This document shows, piece by piece, positions 1 through 14,500 of a stretch of DNA of 61,954 nucleotides. Source of the DNA: Paecilomyces variotii. Lineage: Eukaryota. The position numbers and the translations under genes were made by a program. Positions within the stretch are counted from its first letter, which is position 1, and each line of letters opens with the position of its first letter. The DNA lies in the NCBI GenBank assembly GCA_004022145.1, contig RCNU01000029.1, one strand, 5' to 3'. The notes beneath the pieces were generated by a model. The model was given only the letters and a program-made list of their open reading frames with translations, did not search any database and was not told where the DNA came from.

Positions 1-1990
1 AATAAAAAGCTATTATTAAAAGTTAAATAATAAGATATATTTAATTTATTAATCTAATAGCTTAAAAGATTAAAAATCTTATTAAACCTATAGAAATACT
101 TACTTAATTTATCTTAAAAAATTAAACTATTTAGTTTAAAGAACTTATTTAATCTATTCTACTGTTTAATTAATCTATTAAAATTATTTAATTTACTAAA
201 AGAATAATTTAGCCTATTAAAAAGGCTATTTAGCCTATTAAAGAAATAGCCCTGCTTATTAAATAAGATTAACTAAATTCCTTTATTATACTTAATAAAC
301 TAAAATACTTATTTAGTATTAAAGACTTACTAGATATAGCTTATTTATTTAATAACCTAATATAATTTATTTTATAAGCCTTAGATTATAAAGCTAATTA
401 TTATCTTAAGATTATACTAGTTAACTATTAGTAAAGAGGAAAATATTTATATTATAGAGACTGCTTATATATTCTTAATTATAATAAGCTAAGAGTTTAT
501 TTATTATAAAAATATTATAATAAATATATATTTAAATACTTTAGAAAATATAAGTTTTATAACTTAATTTTATAAAAATACTATTAGCTAAATATATACT
601 AATATATAAATTACTAAACCTAAAATTACTATATTTATTACTATATTATATCTTTAAATAAAGGCTATTAAAGAGTCTTATACTAGCTTCTTATTCTTAA
701 ATACTCTTAATAAGATATTTTAATAGATTTTATTATTAAACTTATATCTTATTAAAATTATAATATTATACTAGTTATTATAGACTAATTTATAAAAATA
801 AAATATTTTATTCCTTATTAAGCTATTTATAATATTAAAGAAGTAATATAATTATATATTTATTATATATAGAAGCTTTATAAGCTACTAAAGACTATAG
901 TATTTAATTAAAGCCCTTAATTTATTATTACTTTTTAGAAATACTTAACTTAATATTTAAATATTATAAACCTATTATTTACTATTTATTATCTTAAGAT
1001 TAATAATTAGATTAAGAGAATAAATATTATCTTAAAATAATATTTATACGTCTATATTAGCTATTTATAAGATAATTAGATTAATTAATTATCTTTAGCT
1101 AAGTTTATATTAAATTCCTATTATTTTAAGATTATTAAAGTATTATTTTTTTTTATTAATTATAAGTTTTATTTATATATAGAATTTAAGCTTATTTAGC
1201 TTATAAATTAGCCTATTATTAAAAATATTAAAGCCTTTATTAAAAAAAATATAAGATATTATAAATTATATCTATATTTAGATTTATATTACTTAAGCCT
1301 ATTATAAAGAGTAGACTAATTATTATTAAATCTTAGCTTATTGCTATTATATAGAATAATCTATTTAATTAAATATCTAGAATATTTATACTTAGTATTT
1401 TTAGAAAAAACTTAATTAGAAGAACCTTAGTCTATTTTATATTATTAAGATTATTAGCCTATATATTTATTAGCTAAATTTACCTGTCTTAATATATATT
1501 TATCTTATATTTAATATTAGCTTATTTTACCTTATTACTAAAGACCCTATATTTAAATAGAGATAATCTTTATTACTGCTTATTAAAATTAATAGCCTTA
1601 AAAAATAAGTTATTAAAAATATCTTAAATTCCTAATAGAAATATTAAAGTTATAAAGGCCTTTAACTATAATATATTATTAAATAATTAGATTATAATAA
1701 CTTAATTAAAGAGCCTATATATTATCTATAGTATATTTAGAAGATTATTATTAACTTCTATTACTACTATTTAAATAAGCTAAAGCTAAAAGATAATCTT
1801 AATAAAACTTAATCTTAAGAAGGAGAATATTATTATAATGCTAGCTTAAGAAGCTAATATAATTTTATTTAATAAAAACCCTCTCTTATATAGATCTATT
1901 AGCTAATACTTATATAAGTTAAAAGAATAAGACCTAACTCTTTTAAATTATATAAAGAATTATATAATCTTATAAAGAATATTTTTAGTA
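1..1990 (+). mobile_element. Ty3/Gypsy chromovirus-type LTR retrotransposon G1, 3' part (integrase, chromodomain, PPT, start of 3' LTR), RIPed; right end approximate
   Basis: 981-1080 de-RIPs to TAYHPETDGQTERMN..LEQYLR.Y....QDDW (integrase). ~1605-1710 de-RIPs to E..ILDS...Y..KW.GYD (chromodomain). Purine tract 1817-1827 is followed by tattata (TGT.. LTR start) at 1831. Confidence 0.8.
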
Positions 1991-3653
1991 TATAGCCTAA
2001 TCTAGATTTAAGCTCTTTAAATTATATTTTATTTATTAAGCTTACCTGCAATAGCTTATTTTAATTTAAATTAGCTAAATAAAGATCTTATAGCTAGTCT
2101 TAATATTAACTACTTATTCTATTTTATTTTAATCTACTCTCTAAGCCTATACCTTAATAAAAAAGAGTAAGTTATTAAAAGTAAAGGCTAAAATTAATTT
2201 AAGGTTAATATTAAGTATATATTAAATATATCTGAAAATCTTACTAAGAGTTATAAATTATATATAAATAGTAATATAAATAGTAAAGTAAATAATATAT
2301 AAATCCTATTTATATATTAATATATACTTAACTTATTTTATAGTAAAACTAGCTACTATAGTTATTTTTAAAGTTAATATTAATATAAGTAATTTCTTTA
2401 TATAAAGTAATAATACTCTTAATTAATAAGCTTCCTGTGCTAAAAGAAATATTAGCTTAATATAAGCTTTATATATACTTAAGACTTACTAAGGTTTATA
2501 AATAAAATTAATATTATATTAGTAACTAAATAGAATATATTTAATAAATGTACTATATATTATTAGTATAGCTTTAATATATATAAAATAAATCCTTAAC
2601 TTACTTTAAGTTAAGTATTTTTTTATTTATAATAATATTGCTTATTTTTATTCTATAGTTAAAGGCTATTATAAATTAATATATATTTAATATATATTAA
2701 AAATAAAATATATTAGCTTTAAGATATATAGTATATATATATTAATATAACTTTAATTATTAGCATATTATATATATATAAAATTTATATTAAACTTATA
2801 GTAAGCTAAGAGTTAATTACTTATATATTATAAGGCTATTTAATTAAACTTATATTTAATAGCTATTAAAGCTTAATATATATTTAATTTATTTTAAAGA
2901 TAAGACTTATATATTGCTATTTATACTTAAAATAGATAATTTAAAGGTTAATATATATATATATTCTTTTCTATAATTATTGCGGGCACTATTTATATTT
3001 AATATAATTTTAGTATATATATAATATTTACTTATTTAATGTTTTATTATTTGCTTTAGCAATAGTATATAAAGGTAATATTTATATTAAGTTTAGGTTA
3101 AGTATAAAGCCTATTTATATTTAATATATGTTTAATATTAAGCAGAGATATATTTATTATAATAAAACCTATAGCTAGTTAAGTTTATTATAGACTAAAC
3201 TACTTTATAAATTAATAATTCTTTAAAATATAGTAGTATTATAATAGTAATACTACTATATTATAGGAATATATACTATAATATAGTAGAGATAAGGAAT
3301 AAAGCGTTATTAAAGAAGATAAATATAAATAATATAAACTTTAATATAATAGGATTTTAATATTATTTTAATATATATTTAATAACTGCCTTTATATATA
3401 CTGCCTTAATAAATTATATAAAATAACTTTAATTCTAAGTCCTTATATATATTTTAGTATTACTCTAACTTATACTTAGTATATACCTTAAATATTATTT
3501 AATATATACTATATATAATTCCTAATAAATATAATTTACTATAATATAATATAAAAACTTTATTATAAGTTATATAAGTTATATATATATTAAGCCTACT
3601 TAAATACTATACTAAAATAAACTTAGTATTTAAGCTAAACTTAGATTTTTCTT

Positions 3654-3696
3654 AAGTAAGCTAAGCTTATTCTTAATTAGACTAAGCTATATCTTA
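3654..3696. repeat. Heavily RIPed terminal inverted repeat of the CGGG...CCCG TIR family (right end of a larger relic element)
   Basis: Its reverse complement taagatatagcttagtctaattaagaataagcttagcttactt aligns without gaps to the TIR cgggatgtagctcggcccagctggggacgagctcagcccaccc (consensus of 55717ff and reverse complement of 33417-33459). All differences are C>T or G>A. Confidence 0.65.
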
Positions 3697-3703
3697 GCTT
3701 AAT

Positions 3704-6240
3704 AATTATAAGAAATAATTATATAGAGATTAAAATATATTACTAGTAATAAGAAAGTAACTTAAAATAAGAGAATTTATATATTATAATAGAATAAATA
3801 ATAATAATATTATTATTAACTATTTCTATTTAAATAAAAGATTTAAAGAGGCTTTTACTTAATTATATAATTAAGCTATATAATTTATTATAAAGATATA
3901 TTAGTCTTAATTATTATATTATAATATTTCTTTTTAATTTAAACTTATTAAATTAATAAGTCTTAATTATTTAAGAAATATTATAAAATCTATTTTAAAA
4001 AGTAGCTTAATAAAATTATTTATTATTATATTTTAAGTATTAATAAACTTTACTTTAATTTTATTTTTATAATATAAGTCTCTTATATAGTAATATATAA
4101 TATTAATATATTTTAACCTTTTATAAGTATATATATCTTTTATTAAGAATAAGAATATTTAATTATTCTTAAAAAGTTTTACTAGAAATTTAATAGTAAA
4201 AGCTTATTTTTTTTACTATTAATTTATATTAGTTAAAATTAATATAATTTCTATAATCTATATTCTTTAAGAGTAAAATTAGCTATTAGAACTATTTTAT
4301 AACTTAATATATAATTATATACTTAGTTTTTATTATTAAAGTTATAATAGATTTTTATTTCTTACTTAATTAATTAATAGAGTAATTAGCTAGAATAAAA
4401 ATATTCTTAAAGATTAATATCTAGTTAGTTTTATCTATTATATAGTCTAAATTTAAGTACTTAATAAATTATTAATTTTTATTTATATTAAATTAAAGAC
4501 TAAAGTATATAATTAAATAAAGATATTTTATTAAGGATTTTAAAAGTTTAAAATACTTCTTAAATAAATTTAATAGATATTAATTAAGTCTACTTATTAT
4601 AAATACAATATTTAGTTTTATTAAGATTATTAAATAAATAAGACTATTAATAATCTTTTAATACTCTTTTTAATTTATTTTTTTATTCTAGTAACTAAAA
4701 GATTTAAAGATAATTATATTTATTTAGTAGAATATTAACTAAATATATCTTTTCCTTACTTATTCTATATTTTAATAAGAATTCCTAAGTATAATAAGAT
4801 TAATCTATTATTAATATTCTGTTTTTCCTATTATAAATAATATAAATATTAAGAATTTTCTTTATTTCTCCTAGATTCTTAATCTTATAAACTATTCTAA
4901 ATTATTATTTAAATTAGTTAATATTCTCTATTTACTTAATACTAACTAAAATATTATTAATATATATTAAGATTAAAATCCCCTTTTCTAAATATTATAA
5001 GAGATATAAATTTATATTAATTTATATCAAACTTATCTTTTAAAATATTTTAATATAGGTTTAGTTCTAGTCTTATATTACTTATTTTAAACTATATAAA
5101 GATTTAAGAACTTTAAATATTATTCCTAGTAAAACTTCTATTTTAAAAAGAATTATTATATATATTTTTTCCTTTAATATTAATTTAATAAAGATATTAT
5201 TAATATTTATAATATAATATTTATAATCTTTTATAGCTATAATAATTATAAAAACCCTTAATATATTATAATAAAGGGTAAGAGTAAAGGTATACTTAAA
5301 ATTAATATTATATTTTTAAGTAAATCTATAGGTAATAAAATATACTTTAAACTTTTAAAAAAAGCTATTTAAGTTATATTTAATAATAAATACTTACTAG
5401 CTTATTATAATATTAACTTTAAATAATAAAGTAATTACTTTAAAAATACTATTTACTTAAAGTATATTAATTTTAAATTTAAAAGCACTTTTATATAATT
5501 TACCTTATATAAAGTTATTAACTGCAGTATAATATAAGGTTAAAATTAAAATTTACTTTTTAGTTATATATATAACTATTATAGTATTAAATATTAATTT
5601 TATATACTTCTTTTAATTATTAGAGGTTTTAAGGAAAGTTTTTATAGAATTCTTCTCTTTTCCTATATTAATTCTTAAGAATAATAGGTTTAATATAAAT
5701 ATAATTTTATAAATTTTATACTTTACTTTTCTTCTAGTAGTTTATATTTTTCCTTTTTTTACTTTATTATTAGAGGTATCTTTATATAAAATAGTTCTTA
5801 TTAATTTAGTTTAAATAGAGGTTTTATTAAAACCTTATATATATTCTAAGAATTAATAATTTTAAGAAAGGCTTTTTTAAAGTTATTAATCTTCTCTTAA
5901 TTATTAATATTATTCTTCTTTTTTAAAAGGCTTATTAGACCTTATTATTAGTTTAAATAAAATATTTAGTTAATAAGTTAGTTATACTTTTAAATTTCTT
6001 ATTAGTACTATATTTAGTACTAATCTTTAAAAAATCTTAAGATTTAAGTTTTCTCTTAATTATTCTTTAAAGAATTTAATTTAATAAGTCTTAATAATTT
6101 TTCTTATATTTAGTATTTAAACTCTTTATTACTTATTTATTTCTTTAATATACTTAATAAAAATATAGATTTTACTTTAATTTATTAATTTATTCCTTTT
6201 TATATCTTATAATAATAACTTTAAGTTTATATATAATAGT
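3704..6240 (-). mobile_element. Ty1/Copia family B, copy B1: 3' LTR (~3704-3927), RNase H, RT; 5'-truncated
   Basis: Collinear with the other B copies (10385ff, 43736ff). Minus strand de-RIPs to ILIYVDDILV (~4950-4980), LIYLMILTRPDI (~4610-4650) and MVADGFTKPL (~4000-4030). Confidence 0.85.
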
Positions 6241-6253
6241 ATTAGCATTAAGT

Positions 6254-6420
6254 TAGGTTATAGCTTAGCTTAGCTTAGCTTAACTTACTAAGACTCTTAG
6301 ATTTTATTAAAAAGTTTAGCTTAATCTATTAAGCTAAGTTAAAAAGTTTAGTTTAACTTATTAGGCTAAGCTAAAAAGTTTAACTTAATTTAACTTAAAA
6401 GTTTATAAGTTTAGCTTAAA
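6254..6420. repeat. RIPed DNA-transposon-like end with (agctt)n and ~31-bp subterminal tandem repeats
   Basis: taggttatagcttagcttagc at 6254 matches cgggatgtagctcggcccagc under RIP with one transversion. Three to four units start aaaagttta at ~6311, 6343, 6374 and 6397, the first two with an internal inverted repeat (agcttaa-tcta-ttaagct). Confidence 0.5.
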
Positions 6421-8189
6421 CCTTATATATATTATTATTATATAATTATTATATATAATAAAATATATATAAAAATAAACTTAAAATTTAATTATAGCAT
6501 TTTAATTATATAAATATAAACTAAAGAATAAATTTAAAAATCTAATTATATATTAATAATATACTATTACTATATTTTAATTATATAAGCTTATTCTTAG
6601 ATTTTATTTTTTTTTTATTTTCTCTATTATAAGTCTGTTATTTAGCTAAATTTAATTCTTAGTCTTCTCTTTTTCTTAAAATATTTCCTAAACCTAATTT
6701 AAGAGTATTAACTAGCTTATAGATTAAATTATTACTTTATTTAATTTAATTAAGAAATATTTTAATATTATTATAGTGCTTTAGCTTAATATAAAATAGT
6801 AACTTATTTAAATTAATTGCTTATTTCCTAAGGTTTAATAGCTTTATTTTTTTATTAAAGTATATTTAAACTATATTAGTATTTAATTCTGTAATAAAAC
6901 TTAATACTAGTTTATTTAAGTTTAGTATTAACTAGTAAAAGTTAAAGAAGTTCTTTAAAAAATAATTATAAACCTTTATAATCTTCTTTTAGTTAAACTA
7001 ATAAATATAGCCTATAGCCTATTATATATAGTAGTTTAAGGTAAAAATATTTTATAAATAAATATTATAATAAAGGCTTTATAAGTTTAAACCTATAAAG
7101 TTAATATAAAAAAAGTATATTAAAATATAATAAGTATTATATTAAGTATTAAATTTTTATATTAAGATCTCGCGCTTAAAATAATTTAGCTCTATATAAA
7201 AAATATAAGTATTACTATATTAAGCTAATAATAGCTTTTAAAAAGTTTTACTTTATATTATATTAATTATAGTTCTCTATGCGCTTAATGTTTATTATAA
7301 TTATTAATATAAATTTTAGGAGTAGTTCTTAGAGCATATTAGAATTAATTTATAAACCTCTGTTTTTTATTATAGCTAGTTTTATATAGCGCTATTATAA
7401 ATAATCTAAGCCTAGAATTTATTAATTCTTTTTTCCCCGGATAATAAAGCCTAAGTAATAACTAATAAGGTTTATCTAGAGATTTATTAATATTTTTCTA
7501 TTATATAGCCTAACCTACCTATAGCTTTAATTATAACTTTAACCTTAAACTTATTACTACTATTAGGAACTATATTATTAAATTTAATAGAATTAAACTT
7601 TACTAAAGTTAAAAATAGTAATTCTAAGTAATTTTTAAGACCTATTATTAATAGGGGGGTTAATATAATATTATTAAGATTATACCGCCTAAATTATATT
7701 TATAGAATTAAAGATAGTATTCTTAAGATATACCTACTAATTACTATATATAATAAATACTTTACTTATATTACTAACTTTAGGAGAAGATAAAGTATAT
7801 TAATACTACTAGTCGGCTATATAGGTTAAAGATTAATAAAAAATTAATTTTATTTAGAGGAAAGAAAGAGGATACTTATTATAAGAACTAGTATTTTCTT
7901 AACTGTATTTTTTAATATAACCCTTAATTATAGGGTCTAGTTATAACTATATAAGTAGTTTATATTAGTTTAATATCTTTAATTACTATATAGGCCGCTA
8001 ATATAACTATTTCTATTTAATAGTTAACTTAATAAAGGCTAAGTAAAAGAATCTATAATATTAAGGATTAAGATAATATCTTTAACAGCAGTTTAGTCTA
8101 TTCTATTTCTATATAAGTTTTAGAATAATAAGCTATATTAGTAGAATATTATAATACTTATTTAAATCCCTATAGAGGATAAATAGAAT

Positions 8190-8870
8190 ATCTTTTATTA
8201 ATTATAAAAACCTTTAATATATTATAATAAAGAGTAAGAATAAAAGTATACTTAAAATTAATATTATATTTCTGGGTAAATCTATAGGTAATAAAGTATA
8301 TTTTTAAGTTTTAAAAAAATTATCTAGGTTATATTTAGTAATAAATACCTATTAACTTATAATAATATTAGCTTTAAATAGTAGAATAATTATTTTAAAA
8401 ATACTATTAGCCTAAAGTATATTAATTTTAAACTTATAGATATTCTTCTATAATTTACCCTATATAGAGTTATTAATTATAGTATAGTATAGAATTAAAA
8501 TTAGGATTTACTCCTTAGTTATATATATAGCTATTAAAATATTAAGTATTTATTCTATATATTTCTCCTTACCTATATTAATTCCTAAGTTTAGGAAATT
8601 TAGTATAAGTATAACTTTATAGAATTTCGTATTTTACTCTTTTTCTAATAATTTATATTCTTCCTGTTTTCTACTTTATTATCGGGGGTATTTCTATATA
8701 AAATAGTTCTTATTTACTTAGTTTAAATAGGGGTCCTATTAAAGCCTTATATATATTCTAGTTATTAAGAGCCTTAGGGAAGGCTTTACTAATTTTCTCC
8801 TAACTATTAATATTATTTTCCTTTTCTTTTAAAGAGTCGCCGGGTCTTCTAATTAATTTAAATAAAATAT
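8190..8870 (-). mobile_element. Copia family B internal fragment (RT N-terminal region)
   Basis: Collinear with 5230-5965 and 23920-24660. Confidence 0.8.
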
Positions 8871-11509
8871 TAGTATTATAGAATTTATTATTAAGCATTA
8901 GTAAAATATTTAAATAGATTAGTAATTTTTATCCTTACTTTTTTTCTCTCTCTCTAATTAATTCTTTAAAATTTCCTCTTTTAAAAGCAATATTACATGT
9001 ATTACTACTACTATTTTCTGCTATTTCTATTATTTACTACTTTCTATTTTAGTAAATTAAAATAATTTCTCCTAACCTCCTATATAGCTTCGTGTTTAAA
9101 TTATAATTTTTACCCCCTTTAATAAGTACTTTTTATAATTCTTCCTGCCTATTTATTATATTATATATATTAAAAATTTACTCCTAATATAGTATAGATT
9201 TGCTACTATTTAAATTTACTTCTTACTAGGGTTTAAAACTAGATTACTATATAGGTATATTATAATCTTAAGAGAACTATAATGGCAGTTATTTTAAATA
9301 TTAATTCTATATTATCTTTAATCTTTTACTATTATAGTATATATAACTCTAATTCTTATAATATAATTAATACCCGCTAGTACTAGTTAGCTATTTAATA
9401 TAATAATTAAGCTGCTTATTAAGCTAGCGAGAATTTAACTTCTACTTCCTTATTATATTAGCCTTTAAGGGGTTATAGTTATAAATAAGTATATTTTTAT
9501 ATATATAATCTACTATATGAAGTTTAATTTTATATAGAGTTATATACTCTCTAGCTACTTAGTTATATAAGCTTAATCTCTTTATTATAGCATAGGCTGC
9601 TATAGCGCTATTAGTAAACTATTAAAACCTATAATTTTTATAATAGTAAGTATTGTTTATAGCTTCGGACTTAAGCTAATACTAAACTTATATCTTTAAA
9701 TTAAGGCTATTTAAAAGATTAGAACTAATTTTAATATATAAGATTCTTAAGAAATTATTTTAACATATTAATCTCTATAAGGAAGGCTATAAGCTATTAG
9801 GTTATATAACTATATTTAATATATAAGGTTAAGTAATAAATAGAAGGAAGCTTATTATATATATAAACTTATTCCTCGATAAAAACTAATTAAAAATAGA
9901 TAATTCTCTTTAATAGAGGATAATATAATATTCTTTAAGATATTATTTATAGTTAAAGCTATTAAAGTAATATAACTTCTTAAAATTCTCTATACTATAT
10001 AAAAATCTATTTAGTCTCTTATTTAACTACTCTCTATTAGAAATTAAAAGTATTAATCTTTTAATTATAATAGAGAAGTAATAAGTTATATAAAAATATA
10101 TAAAAATATATAACTATTAGGAGACTCGGCCAGTTAATCTAAAAGTATAACCCTTAAATTAAGTAACTACTTACTACTTTTAATAAAAGTATATAAAGTA
10201 ATTTACTTAAATAGAGAACTATATAATCTTTTATAAATAAAATTATATATATAATTTCCTAGAATATATTAATATTACCTTAGATTTCTCTATATTAGTA
10301 GTATTATAATTATAATAGAGGTATATTTAATAAATAAACTAAGAATAAATATACTTATTAGTAATAATATTATTATACCCTTAGAGTTAAAAAGAGGAAG
10401 TGCTAGTATACGGGATTTAAATATACTACTAGTACTAGGAAGATAACTAAGATTAAAAGAATCCTAGGTTATAGTAAAATAAACAATGTTATTATAATTA
10501 TCTTAAGCTAAATAGCTTAAGATAAGGTCTTTATCTATTTAGTTATATAACTTTATTATATAACCTATTATAGAGATATACTAGTTCTAATTATTATATT
10601 ATAATACTTTTTCTTAGTTTAGACTTACTAGATTAGTAAGTCTTAATTGCCTAAGGAATCTTATAAAATTTACTCTAGGAAGCAGCTTAGTAAAACTATT
10701 TACTATTATATTTTAAGTACTAATAAATTTTATTTTAATCTAATTTCTCTAATATAGGTCTCTTATATACTAATATATAATATTAATATATTTTAACCTC
10801 TTATAGGTATATTATCTTTTATTAAAGATAAGAATACTTAGTTATTTTAAAAGAGTTTTACTAGAGACTTAATAATAAAGGTTTATTTTTTTTACTATTA
10901 GTTTATATTAGTTTAGACTAATATAATTTATATAATTTATATCTTTAAGGAGTAGGGTTAGCTACTAAAACTATTTTATAACTTAATATATAGCTATATA
11001 CTTAGTTTCTATTATTAAAGTTATAATAGATTTCTACTTTTTATTTAACTAACTAATAAAATAGCCGGTTAGAATAAAAATATTCTTAAGAATTAATATC
11101 TAGTTAGTCTTATCTATTATATAATTTAAATTTAAGTACCTAATAAGTTACTAGTCCTTATTTACATTAAATTAAAGACTAAAATATATAGTTAAATAAA
11201 GGTATTTTATTAAGGATTTCAGAAATCTAAAATACTTCTTAAATAAATTTAATAGATATTAACTAAATCTACCTATTATAAATATAATATCTGGTTTTAT
11301 TAAGATTACTAGATAGATAAGGCTATTAATAATTCTTTAGTATTCTTTCCAGTTTATTCTTTTATCCTAGGGACTAAAGGGTTTTAGATAATTATATCTA
11401 TTTAGTAGGATATTAATTGGATATATCTTTTCCTTATTTATCCTATGTCTTAATAAGAGTTCCTAGGTATAATAAGATTAGTCTATTATTAGTATTCTAT
11501 TCTTCCTAT

Positions 11510-14500
11510 TATTATAGGATAAGGTATCGAGACTTAGTAATAAGTCTTAGAGTATAAAAATATAGAGGAAGAGAAGGAGAGGGTTTTAAAAAAAAAAACC
11601 CTAATTTGTATAAGCGTGCAGTAGTTCTAATTTAGCAATATTTAATATAAAAAAAGGGGGTATAAAATAATTAGTCTCGAGTTTTTAAGTAGTGTTTATA
11701 GGTAAAGAAGTAAGGTTTTTAATATAAAGTAAGGTTTCTTTATTATTGTTTTATATTCTTTATTTAATATCTTCTGTTTTTAGTAATTAGAAGAGTTTAG
11801 CCTTATTTTTCTAATATATTATATATACTCTTCTACTTTACTTATTTTTAAGCCTTTTCCCCTTCTAAAAATTTAGACGCTCTTATTTTTAGTTTATCCT
11901 CTCTTCTTCCCTTAGAGCTAAATCTTTATCTAATATTAGACTTACTTCATTGCCAGCCTTCTACTTCCCTTCCTTTTAAGCTAATATTTTTAAAAGGAGG
12001 GTACTGTAACTATAACCGCCTATATTAATTTAAATAATATTTAGTCTATATTATCTTTATCTTTACTTATTTGCTAATTCTCTTACTCAGGTTTTATATT
12101 ATTATTTATTACTAGCATACCCCTTTAGTTATCTTATAAATAATAGCCTTTTAAGTAATTTTTATAAATTAGGTCCCTAAAAGCTATATTATTTAACTTT
12201 TTAAGCTTATAAGAACCTTTTTAAAGGACTTCTTTAATTTAATATAGCTTAAGCTAGTAATATGCTAGTTTAATAAAATAAAATATTTTAAGCTTTATAT
12301 TATAGAGTAAAATAAGTTATCTTTTAATTAGTTATCTTTTATAAAGTTGCTTTTTATTATTAAAGACTTCCTTGCTAGCTTCTTTTATATATTAAATATA
12401 AAGCCGGGCCTCTTTTATATCTTAATCTCTAAGCTCTATTTACCTTATATAAAGGAGTAGAAGGTCTTTTATAGTCCTAACTTTATCCTATATTAATATC
12501 TTTTAAATAGGTATTTCTAGTTTAATTAGTAGTACTATATTATATCCTATAATTATTTTAAATAGTATTAAACTTATAAAGGTCTTAATTATATTTTTAT
12601 CTGCCTAAATTATTACTAGTAGGTAGTCTATTTAATTTATCCCTATTTTTTTTATAAGTTTTCTAATACTATATATAAAGGACTTATATATAACTTTAAC
12701 TGCTTTATTTGCTTATAGGTTATATAATATAATCTTAATATAATTAATCTTATATTTTTATACTAATATATTAATTGCGGCTTTATTTTCTAGCTTTTTA
12801 TTATTAATAAGAGTCTCTATTACTTTTTAGCAATAAATTTAATCTTTTTATAAAAACTTAGTAATAGCTTTTAAAATAAGGCTATTAAGCGCTTTATATT
12901 TAATCTAATTAAAGTTATCTTAAAATATAATAATATAAGTTTTTCTTTTACTAGGCAGTATAATCTTATAAATATCTAAATATAGCTTTAATTACCCTAG
13001 TAAAATAAATATTAACTATAAAGCTTCTTTTATATATTCTTTATCTGCTTTATAATATTTATTATATATCTTTATCTATCTAGCAATATACTTATATAAG
13101 CCTTTTTATTAATATTAATTAGCTACTTTTCTATATATTACTTTATATTTTTAATATTTATATTCTTTATAAAGGGCAGTAAGAATCTTTTTTTATTTTT
13201 TATTATTATTAATAATTATATAATAAGGCTAGTTTTGCTATACTTTCTAAAAAAGAATACTATCCTATACTATATACTTTATAGCCTCTTTCTTAAACTT
13301 AATATATTATCCCCTATTTATATTATCTAATTTTATTATAGTTTATAGTTATTCTATAATTAGTAAAGATTTTTCTAACTAATATAATATAAGTATTAGC
13401 TAAGAGATATTATTTAATTCTACTTCTTATATATTAATATAATAGACTGTATAAAATTACAGGTCTAGGAATTTCTTTAAATTATTATTTTTAACTTTTC
13501 CCCAGTCTTACTTTATTATTAGCTTTTAAAATAATTTATCTATAACTAAATTCTTTCTTCCCGCCATATAGATAATATTAAAGTTAAATAGCTAAATCTA
13601 AATAATTTACTAAGTAATTATTAATTTAAAAAGATCTATAACTATCTTATTTAATTATATAATTAAAATCTTTATATCTACTTTTAGCTAAAAGTATATA
13701 TTATATAGATATACTTTAAATTTGTAAAGAGCCTTTAGTATTACCCTATATTCTAACTTTCCTTTATTATATTGCCTCCCCGCTTATATCTATACTTTAC
13801 TTTTATATTTAGCCGGATATTTCTTATTAGATTCTTTTTTTTTTTAAATAAGTTATACCCCCTATTTATTACTGCTAACGTCTGTATTAATAATAATTAT
13901 TCTTTTTTTTTATAGTTAATTAACTTAAATGCTAAAGCTATTATTAAGGCTACTTTTAAAGTATTTATTAAATCTTATTATTCTAGTCCCTAAAGGAAGT
14001 CTTATCCTTTTCTTAATATTAAGTATATTAGCTCAGCTTTAATAATATATCCTTTAATCTATATCTAATAATAGGCTATAACCCTTAGAAACTCTCTTAT
14101 TTCCTGCAAGTTTTAATAAGGTAGCTATTTTAAGATCTTAACTACTTTTATAGATTCTAGGTATTTCCCTTTTATATTATATATATATCCTACTATTTTA
14201 ATTCCTAAAACTATAAATTATAACTTTTTTTTAGTAATAATTAGACTAATAAGTTTAAAACTATACAATACCTTATTAATATTTTAAATATATTTAAATA
14301 TAAATCTCTTAATCTTAGGCAGTACTTCCTCTTCTTTATAATTAATTTTAGGTCCTTATATTAGAGTATTATCTAAAAATATATTAATAAATACTAAGGA
14401 TATTATCTATAAGTACCTTTATAACCCCGCGCATAAATTTTAATACTATATTAATCTATCTTTACAATAGTCTAGCTTAGCAAACTAAACTAATCCTAGG

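Noticed and set aside
6254-6420. CRISPR-like repeat array
   Set aside because: Tandem degenerate units without unique spacers, in a eukaryotic TE context with no cas genes.
7640-7930. PPT (agggggg) plus LTR of a further retroelement
   Set aside because: No second LTR copy and no diagnostic protein motif in the window to confirm identity or orientation.
9200-9600. Helitron Rep (LFIT.T) or Ulp1 protease motifs on the minus strand
   Set aside because: Only partial matches in different frames. Key catalytic residues are not visible.
11599-11604. Telomeric CCCTAA/TTAGGG repeats
   Set aside because: Only isolated single hexamers, no tandem array.
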